A stretch of DNA of 64,000 nucleotides from an uncultured Eubacteriales bacterium (lineage in GTDB: Bacteria > Bacillota > Clostridia > Oscillospirales > Oscillospiraceae). Shown in pieces: positions 57,872 through 64,000 of this stretch. Below the pieces are notes generated by a model that saw only the letters and a list, made by a program, of their open reading frames with translations, was not told the origin of the DNA and did not search any database. Each line of letters opens with the position of its first letter. The stretch's first letter is position 1. The stretch spans positions 81,569 to 145,568 of the forward strand of contig CATXTO010000003.1 of NCBI GenBank assembly GCA_958402445.1, written 5' to 3'. Position numbers and translations under genes: made by a program.

Positions 57872-58783
57872 TCACTGCACCTCCAGGAGCTTGAGTATCA
57901 GAGCCATGCGCATATACTTACCGTTGCGGACCTGCTTGAAATAGCAGGCCCGGGGGTCCTCGTCGATGGCCACGGCGATTTCGTTCACCCGGGGCAGGGG
58001 ATGGAGAATGGCCAGGTCGGGCTTGGCTCGCTCCAGCTTGGCCGGGGTGAGAATATAGCTGTCCTTCAGGCGAAGATAGTCCTCCTCATTGAAGAACCGC
58101 TCCCGCTGCACCCGGGTCATGTAGAGGATATCCAGCTCCGGCATCACCGCGTCCAGGTCGGTGGTCTGCTTGTAGGGGATGCCCTTGTCCTTCATGCTCT
58201 GCTTGACATAACTGGGAACCTTCAGCTCCTCCGGGGAAATCAGGACAAACCGTACGTCGGAGTACCGGGACATGGCGGCGATCAGGGAGTGGACCGTGCG
58301 TCCAAATTTCAGGTCGCCGCACAGGCCGATGGTCAGGTGCTCAAAGCCGCCCTTCTCCCGGTAGATGGTCAAAAGGTCCGCCAGGGTCTGCGTGGGGTGG
58401 TTGTGGCCTCCGTCGCCGGCGTTGATGACGGGAATGGAGGCGTTCATGGCCGCCACCAGAGGCGCGCCCTCCTTGGGATGGCGCATGGCGATGATGTCTG
58501 CGTAACAGGAGACCGTTTTGGCGGTGTCCGCCACGCTCTCGCCCTTGGCGGCGGAGCTGCTCTGCGCTTCGGAAAAGCCGATGACGTTTCCGCCCAGCTC
58601 GTACATGGCGGCCTCAAAGCTCAGGCGGGTCCGGGTACTGGGCTCGAAAAACAGAGTGGCCAGCTTTTTGCCCTTACATTTCTCGCAGTATTTGGCCGGG
58701 TTGTCGATGATGTCGTTGGCGGTGGCGATGAGGCCCTCCAGGTCCTCCACAGATAAATCCAAAATATCGATGACGCTTCTCAT
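57872..58783 (-). CDS. pyrB: Aspartate carbamoyltransferase catalytic subunit
   Basis: [26 protein letters not shown]. Confidence 0.97.
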   Translation of the reverse strand: MRSVIDILDLSVEDLEGLIATANDIIDNPAKYCEKCKGKKLATLFFEPSTRTRLSFEAAMYELGGNVIGFSEAQSSSAAKGESVADTAKTVSCYADIIAMRHPKEGAPLVAAMNASIPVINAGDGGHNHPTQTLADLLTIYREKGGFEHLTIGLCGDLKFGRTVHSLIAAMSRYSDVRFVLISPEELKVPSYVKQSMKDKGIPYKQTTDLDAVMPELDILYMTRVQRERFFNEEDYLRLKDSYILTPAKLERAKPDLAILHPLPRVNEIAVAIDEDPRACYFKQVRNGKYMRMALILKLLEVQ

Positions 58784-59424
58784 TTGGTACCTCCAATCCA
58801 GCTTTCATCCTCCGGGTGGTCCCGGAAGGCCAGCAGGCGCGCCACGTCCTGGGGCTGAATATAGCCCTCCTCCGCAGCCACCCGGGCAACGACGTCGAAA
58901 TTGGTCAGGCTGATATGCGGAACCCGGGCCGCTTCCAGTCGTTCCAGCCCCTTCCGCATGCCATAGGTGAAGATGCTCACAATGCCCAAGACCTCCGCGC
59001 CCGCGGCCCGGAGGACCTGAACCACCTCCAGGACGCTGCCGCCGGTGGAGATCAAATCCTCCACCACCACCACCTTCTGCCCCGGCAGGAGCCTGCCCTC
59101 GATTTGGTTTTGCCGGCCGTGGTCCTTGGCGCCGCTGCGGACATAGCCCATGGGCAGGCCCAGCAGATGCCCCGTGATGGCGGCGTGGGCGATGCCGGCG
59201 GTGGAGGTGCCCATGAGGACCTCCGTCTGAGGATAGTGGGCTTGGATCAGGGCGGCCAGGCCCTGTTCCACGTCCGTGCGGACCTGCACGTCGGTGAGCG
59301 TCAGGCGGTTGTCACAGTATACGGGACTCTGGATGCCGGAGGCCCAGGTGAAGGGCTGGTCCGGACGGAAGAACACGGCCTGGATTTTCAGCAGATCCTT
59401 TGCAATGGCAACAGACAAATCCAT
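58780..59424 (-). CDS. pyrE: Orotate phosphoribosyltransferase
   Basis: [28 protein letters not shown]. Confidence 0.97.
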   Translation of the reverse strand: MDLSVAIAKDLLKIQAVFFRPDQPFTWASGIQSPVYCDNRLTLTDVQVRTDVEQGLAALIQAHYPQTEVLMGTSTAGIAHAAITGHLLGLPMGYVRSGAKDHGRQNQIEGRLLPGQKVVVVEDLISTGGSVLEVVQVLRAAGAEVLGIVSIFTYGMRKGLERLEAARVPHISLTNFDVVARVAAEEGYIQPQDVARLLAFRDHPEDESWIGGTK

Positions 59425-59481
59425 TTGACTTCCTCCTATTTTTTAGGAATTGCAGCGTTTATCAAGCTGGACGAGAGCGGC

Positions 59482-60180
59482 TCAGTCCACGAAGTCCCGG
59501 ACGCAGCGGTCATAGGCGGCTACGGGGTCCTGGGCCTGAGTGATGGGCCGGCCCACCACAATGTAGTCGGAGCTCAGGGCCTTGGCCTGGGCGGGGTTGG
59601 TGACCCGGACCTGGTCCCCCGCGTCTCCATCGGCGAACCGGACGCCGGGGGTGACGGTGAGAAACTTGGGGCCGCAGGCCGCGTGGACCTGCTCTGCCTC
59701 CAGCGGGGCGCAGACCACGCCGTCCAGCCCCGCCGCCCGGGCCAGGCCCGCATAATGCAGCACCACCTGGGGGAGCTCTCCGGAGATCAGCAGTTCCTGC
59801 TGCATCCGCTCCTGGCTGGTGGAGGTGAGCTGGGTCACCGCGATGAGAAGCGGGCGGGTGCCGTCCGACCGGGTCAGGCCCTCCAGGGCGGCTTCCATCA
59901 TGGCCCGGGTGCCGGCGGCGTGGAGGTTTACCAGGTCTACCTCCAGCCCGGACAGGACGGCCATGGCTTTTTTCACCGTGTTGGGAATGTCGTGGAGCTT
60001 CAGATCCAGGAAGATCCGGTGGCCCCGGGCCTTCACAGTTCTTACAATCTGGGGCCCTTCCGCATAAAACAGCTCCATGCCAATTTTCACAAAGGGTTTC
60101 CGGCCTGGAAATCGGTCCAGAAAGGCCAGAGTTTCCAAACCGCTGGCAAAATCGCAGGCAATGATGACGTCCTTACCCAT
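59482..60180 (-). CDS. pyrF: Orotidine-5'-phosphate decarboxylase
   Basis: FLDLKLHDIPNT, VTPGVR, VVGRPIT. Confidence 0.97.
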   Translation of the reverse strand: MGKDVIIACDFASGLETLAFLDRFPGRKPFVKIGMELFYAEGPQIVRTVKARGHRIFLDLKLHDIPNTVKKAMAVLSGLEVDLVNLHAAGTRAMMEAALEGLTRSDGTRPLLIAVTQLTSTSQERMQQELLISGELPQVVLHYAGLARAAGLDGVVCAPLEAEQVHAACGPKFLTVTPGVRFADGDAGDQVRVTNPAQAKALSSDYIVVGRPITQAQDPVAAYDRCVRDFVD

Positions 60181-61087
60181 GGTGCGCGCCTCCTATGATT
60201 TCATTGAGTGTATCAACATGATATTCTTGCATGACCTGGGGCAGCTCCTCCACAATCTTTTTGCAGGCGAAGGGGTCCACCAGGTTGGCGGCGCCCACCT
60301 GCACGGCGGTGGCGCCGGCAAGCATCATTTCCACCACGTCCCGGGCCGAGCTAACGCCCCCCAGGCCGACGATGGGGATGGAGACCGCCTCATAGACCTG
60401 ATAGACCATGCGCAGAGCCAGGGGAAAGAGGGCTGGACCGGACAGCCCGCCGGTGCCGTTGGACAGCAGCGGGCGCCGCCGACGCAGGTCGATGCGCATG
60501 CCCAAAACCGTGTTGATGAGACTCAGCCCGTCGGCTCCGCCGTCCTCACAAGCCTGAGCAATTGCTTTGATATCCGCCACGTTGGGGGAGAGCTTGATGA
60601 GCACGGGCTTGGAGGTGGCGGCCTTCACGGCCCGGGTGACCGTTGAGGCCAGGTTTGGGTCGGTTCCGAAGCTCATGCCGCCCCCGTGGACGTTGGGACA
60701 GGAGATGTTCACCTCCAGCCAGCCCACCTGGGGCTCCCGGTCTAGCTTCCGGCAGACCTCCACATACTCCTCCACGGAAAAGCCGGAGACGTTGGCCATA
60801 ACCGGCTTGTGGAAAAACTGCTTCATAGCCGGCAGCTCCTGGGCAATCACGTGGTCCACGCCGGGATTTTGCAGACCCACCGCGTTGAGCATGCCGGCGG
60901 GGCACTCCGCGATGCGGGGTGTGGGATTTCCGAAACGCGGCTCCCGGGTGGTGCCCTTGAAAGAGAAGGTACCCAGGCAATTGATGTCGTAGAAAGCGGC
61001 GAATTCGGCCCCGTAGCCGAAGGTCCCGGAGGCGGGAATCACCGGGTTGTCCAGGTGCACGCCGCACAGCGTCACAGCGGTGTTCAA
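60173..61087 (-). CDS. pyrD: Dihydroorotate dehydrogenase, family 1B catalytic subunit
   Basis: ASGTFG, GNPTPR, NISCPN, KLSPN, INT, GGLSG; TTG start overlapping the pyrK stop. Confidence 0.95.
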   Translation of the reverse strand: MNTAVTLCGVHLDNPVIPASGTFGYGAEFAAFYDINCLGTFSFKGTTREPRFGNPTPRIAECPAGMLNAVGLQNPGVDHVIAQELPAMKQFFHKPVMANVSGFSVEEYVEVCRKLDREPQVGWLEVNISCPNVHGGGMSFGTDPNLASTVTRAVKAATSKPVLIKLSPNVADIKAIAQACEDGGADGLSLINTVLGMRIDLRRRRPLLSNGTGGLSGPALFPLALRMVYQVYEAVSIPIVGLGGVSSARDVVEMMLAGATAVQVGAANLVDPFACKKIVEELPQVMQEYHVDTLNEIIGGAHHG

Positions 61088-61815
61088 AACAGTACCTCCT
61101 CCCGGTGGAAGACGGGCCCGTCCTTGCAGACCCGCTTGGGACCAAGCCGGGTCTTTATGGTGCAGCCCATGCACGCGCCAAAGCCGCAGCCCATCCGCTC
61201 CTCCAGGCTATATTGCCCGGAGGTGGCCGCCACGGCCTCTATGGCCCGGAACATAGGCATGGGGCCGCAGGCGTAGAAATAGTCATACGAGAGGCCCTGC
61301 ATCAGGTCCGAGACAAACCCGGTAGTGCCATGACTGCCGTCTACCGTGGACACCTGAACCGGAACGCCCAAGGCCTGAAAGGCGTCGGCATAGAAGACCT
61401 CCGAGGCCGTATTAAAACCCAATAAAACCCGGGGCGCCTTCCCCTGAGCCAAGAGCCGGCGGCACAGGCCGTACAGGGGCGGAACGCCCACCCCGCCGCC
61501 CACCAGCAGGGGGGAGGGCCCGCTGGGCGCCAGATCGTAGCCGTGGCCCAAGCCCGTCAGAATATCCACGGCGGCGCCGGGCTCCAGACGGGTCATGGCG
61601 TCCGTGCCATGGCCTACCACCTTATATAGTAGCGTCATGCCATTCCCATCCCAATCACAGATGGAAATGGGGCGGCGGAGGAAGAACCCCTCCAAACGCA
61701 GGGCTGCAAACTGGCCGGGCGCCGTGAAGGCGCTGGTATCCCCCGCCAGACGCATTTGCCAGACGTCCCGGGTGAGGGGCAGGTTCTCCACAACGGTATC
61801 AATTCCCTGTTTCAT
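61084..61815 (-). CDS. pyrK: Dihydroorotate dehydrogenase electron-transfer subunit
   Basis: RRPISI, GGGVGVPP, CGP, ERMGCGFGACMGC...VCKDGPVF. Confidence 0.95.
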   Translation of the reverse strand: MKQGIDTVVENLPLTRDVWQMRLAGDTSAFTAPGQFAALRLEGFFLRRPISICDWDGNGMTLLYKVVGHGTDAMTRLEPGAAVDILTGLGHGYDLAPSGPSPLLVGGGVGVPPLYGLCRRLLAQGKAPRVLLGFNTASEVFYADAFQALGVPVQVSTVDGSHGTTGFVSDLMQGLSYDYFYACGPMPMFRAIEAVAATSGQYSLEERMGCGFGACMGCTIKTRLGPKRVCKDGPVFHREEVLF

Positions 61816-63085
61816 GCGCGCCTCCCTCTACAGTGCCCGCCGCGCTGGGTTCCAGCCACGCGGCGGTGCCGTCCACCACGGTCATCCGGCAGCGGCCGAA
61901 TACCCGCTCTCCCGCGAAGGGCGTAGCCCGTCCCTTGGAACAGAATTCCTCCGGATTTATCTGATAGCTGGAGTCCAGGTCCCAAATGCTGTAATCCTCC
62001 CCCAAGGGCAGACCAAACCGCCGCCGGGGGTTGTCCGACAGTAGGGCGACCAATTGGGCCAGCGACAGGATACCCGGTTTGACCAGGCCCGTATACAGGA
62101 CCGGAAACGCGGTTTCCAATCCCACCACGCCCATGAGGCTGTTTTTCAGGCCCCCGCTTTTCTCCTCCATGCTGTGGGGCGCGTGGTCCGTGGCAATCAT
62201 CTCCAGGGTTCCGTCCAGAATCCCCTCCAGCAGGGCCTGGCGGTCCGCCTCGGACCGCAGGGGCGGATTCATCTTAAACCGGCCGTCCTCTTGCAAATCC
62301 GCGTCGGTTTTCAGCAGATAGTGCGGCGCAGTCTCCCCGCTCACGTCCAGGCCCTCCCGCTTGGCCTGCCGCAGAAGCGCCACGCTCTCCTTGGTGGACA
62401 CGTGGCACATGTGGTAGGCGCAGCCGGTCTCCCGCACCAAGCGCAGGTCCCTGGCTAGGGGTCCCCATTCGCTCTCGGAGCAAATCCCCGGGTGTCCATG
62501 CCGCCGGGCGTATTCGCCTGCGTGGATATAGCCGCCATGCAGCAGCCGGTTGTCCTCACAATGGGCCACAATGGGGCGGCCCAGCAGCTTTGCCAGCTCC
62601 ATGGCCTGTCGCATGAGGCTCTCGCTCTGCACGCCCCGCCCGTCGTCGGAGAATCCGATGACATAGGGGGCCAGACCGGTCAAATCTGCCAGGGACTGCC
62701 CCCGCTCCCCCGCAGTGATGGCGCCGTAGGGGTGGACCCGAACCCGAGCGTCCCGCTGAATCAGGTCCAGTTGAGGCTGCAGGGTATCCAGGCAATCCGG
62801 GACCGGGTTCAAGTTCGGCATGGCGCACACGTCGCTGTACCCGCCCCGGGCGGCGGCCAGGGTACCGGTGGCGATGGTCTCCTTATAAGAAAATCCCGGC
62901 TCTCGCAGATGTACGTGAACATCTACAAGACCCGGGATGAGAAAACACGAGGAAAAATCAAAAACAGAAACACCACGCCCGCCCTGCCGCAGGGACGGCT
63001 GCGGCGTCCGGGGAGAAATAACCAAATCCTGGAGAAAAAAAGCGCCGTTTTTGTAAATGTGAGTGTTTGCCAGGCGAATCTCCAT
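61799..63085 (-). CDS. pyrC: Dihydroorotase
   Basis: DVHVHLREPG, MPN, FSDDG, KMNPPLR, ATDHAPH. Confidence 0.96.
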   Translation of the reverse strand: MEIRLANTHIYKNGAFFLQDLVISPRTPQPSLRQGGRGVSVFDFSSCFLIPGLVDVHVHLREPGFSYKETIATGTLAAARGGYSDVCAMPNLNPVPDCLDTLQPQLDLIQRDARVRVHPYGAITAGERGQSLADLTGLAPYVIGFSDDGRGVQSESLMRQAMELAKLLGRPIVAHCEDNRLLHGGYIHAGEYARRHGHPGICSESEWGPLARDLRLVRETGCAYHMCHVSTKESVALLRQAKREGLDVSGETAPHYLLKTDADLQEDGRFKMNPPLRSEADRQALLEGILDGTLEMIATDHAPHSMEEKSGGLKNSLMGVVGLETAFPVLYTGLVKPGILSLAQLVALLSDNPRRRFGLPLGEDYSIWDLDSSYQINPEEFCSKGRATPFAGERVFGRCRMTVVDGTAAWLEPSAAGTVEGGAHETGN

Positions 63086-63123
63086 GGGAATCCTCCTCTC
63101 CTAAGGCAAATTTCATTGCAGGC

Positions 63124-63152
63124 ATTCTATCACAAGTGCAGGGGCCTGTCAA
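63124..63152 (-). promoter_or_regulatory. Sigma-A promoter of the pyr operon
   Basis: TTGACA-17-(TG)TAGAAT about 40 nt upstream of the pyrC ATG. Confidence 0.8.
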
Positions 63153-63237
63153 GACAGGAAAATTCCCAAAAACCACAACAATGGGCAGTCCGTTTTTCGG
63201 TACCTTAAAACAAAAGCCCAGGCTCATGCGACAATAT

Positions 63238-63664
63238 GGAGGGCGACCAGTGGTCGCCCGCTGTAGGTACCGCCGATGCCGCGGGGGTTGCGGGCGTGCA
63301 AAGCACGCCCCTACGGGAGGAATCCCGATGATGCGCTGTAGGGGCGACCTGTGGTCGCCCGCTGTAGGTACCGCCGATGCCGCGGGGGTTGCGGGCGTGC
63401 AAAGCACGCCCCTACGGGAGGAATCCCGATGATGCGCTGTAGGGGCGACCTGTGGTCGCCCGCTGTAGGTACCGCCGATGCCGCGGGGGTTGCGGGCGTG
63501 CAAAGCACGCCCCTACGGGAGGAATCCCGATGATGCGCTGTAGGGGCGACCTGTGGTCGCCCGCTGTAGGTACCGCCGATGCCGCGGGGGTTGCGGGCGT
63601 GCAAAGCACGCCCCTACGGGAGGAATCCCGATGATGCGCTGTAGGGGCAACCTGTGGTCGCCCG
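63238..63664. repeat. Tandem array of a 101-bp unit (4 full copies + partial), REPIN-like
   Basis: GTAGGTACC recurs at 63263, 63364, 63465 and 63566; unit = GTAG-GGGCGACC-TGT-GGTCGCCC ... GGGCGTGC-AAA-GCACGCCC-CTAC + linker. Confidence 0.92.
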
Positions 63665-63736
63665 GGCGCATTGCGCTATGTGGCAAATTTGGGAGAAGGG
63701 GCGCTGCCTTTCTTGTGATCCGCAACGCGCCCGGGG

Positions 63737-64000
63737 TCAGCGCAGCAGGCCGTATTTGACCTTCACCCGCTCCAGCTTTTCCAAAATAGGCAGGCCACCG
63801 AACCATAAAAAGAATACCGTGCCCACAGCGTGTACCAGGTTCATGGGAAAGCCGGAGATGCAGTAAGCCAGGAGCATGTGATATTTGGGCGGGCCCTGCC
63901 AGAGGAAGACGCCGGAGGCGTCCATGAGAAAACCGTAAATCAACAGAACGGATAAAAATCCATACACGCACAGGCTTGTCCGGCTGCGGCGCAGGAGCCC
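63737..64000 (-). CDS. ECF transporter S component, C-terminal part (partial)
   Basis: ...IYGFLMD...GFPMNLVHAVGTVFFLW...LEKLERVKVKYGL; the start lies beyond the window. Confidence 0.8.
   Translation of the reverse strand, partial: GLLRRSRTSLCVYGFLSVLLIYGFLMDASGVFLWQGPPKYHMLLAYCISGFPMNLVHAVGTVFFLWFGGLPILEKLERVKVKYGLLR

Noticed and set aside
39251..63664. The 123-bp and 101-bp arrays as CRISPR arrays
   Set aside because: Whole units are repeated with no unique spacers, and the unit structure is REP-like.

Overview
GC-rich chromosomal segment that reads like an Oscillospiraceae/Clostridia-type Firmicute (sigma-A promoters, GGAGG RBSs, sortase pili, forespore-like promoters). It is mostly core and accessory housekeeping DNA. 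Contents: a DUF2975-Xre-DUF4173 operon, trxB, a CcdA-TlpA fusion, an MMPL/heptad-repeat pair, a sortase-C pilus locus, an ECF sigma operon, a two-component system, a DUF5685/J-domain pair, rpe, ftsH, rlmB, a MacAB-type ABC exporter with two adaptors, murC, a collagen-like protein, an amidohydrolase, pyrC-K-D-F-E-B-I, and three tRNAs (Val-GAC, Arg-ACG, Val-CAC). I found no integrase, transposase, cas gene or CRISPR array. The most notable signals are: a family of GTAG-footed palindromes (REP/REPIN-like) with covarying stems at three loci, two amplified into 123-bp and 101-bp tandem arrays; a P1B-ATPase-like protein lacking the DKTGT phosphorylation motif; a decayed pilin gene upstream of the intact pilin; an ACP-like protein lacking the DSL serine; an Rrf2-type operator on the CcdA-TlpA promoter; a frameshifted secreted protein; and a candidate structured RNA leader upstream of rpe. 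All family assignments come from motif recognition by eye, not database searches.
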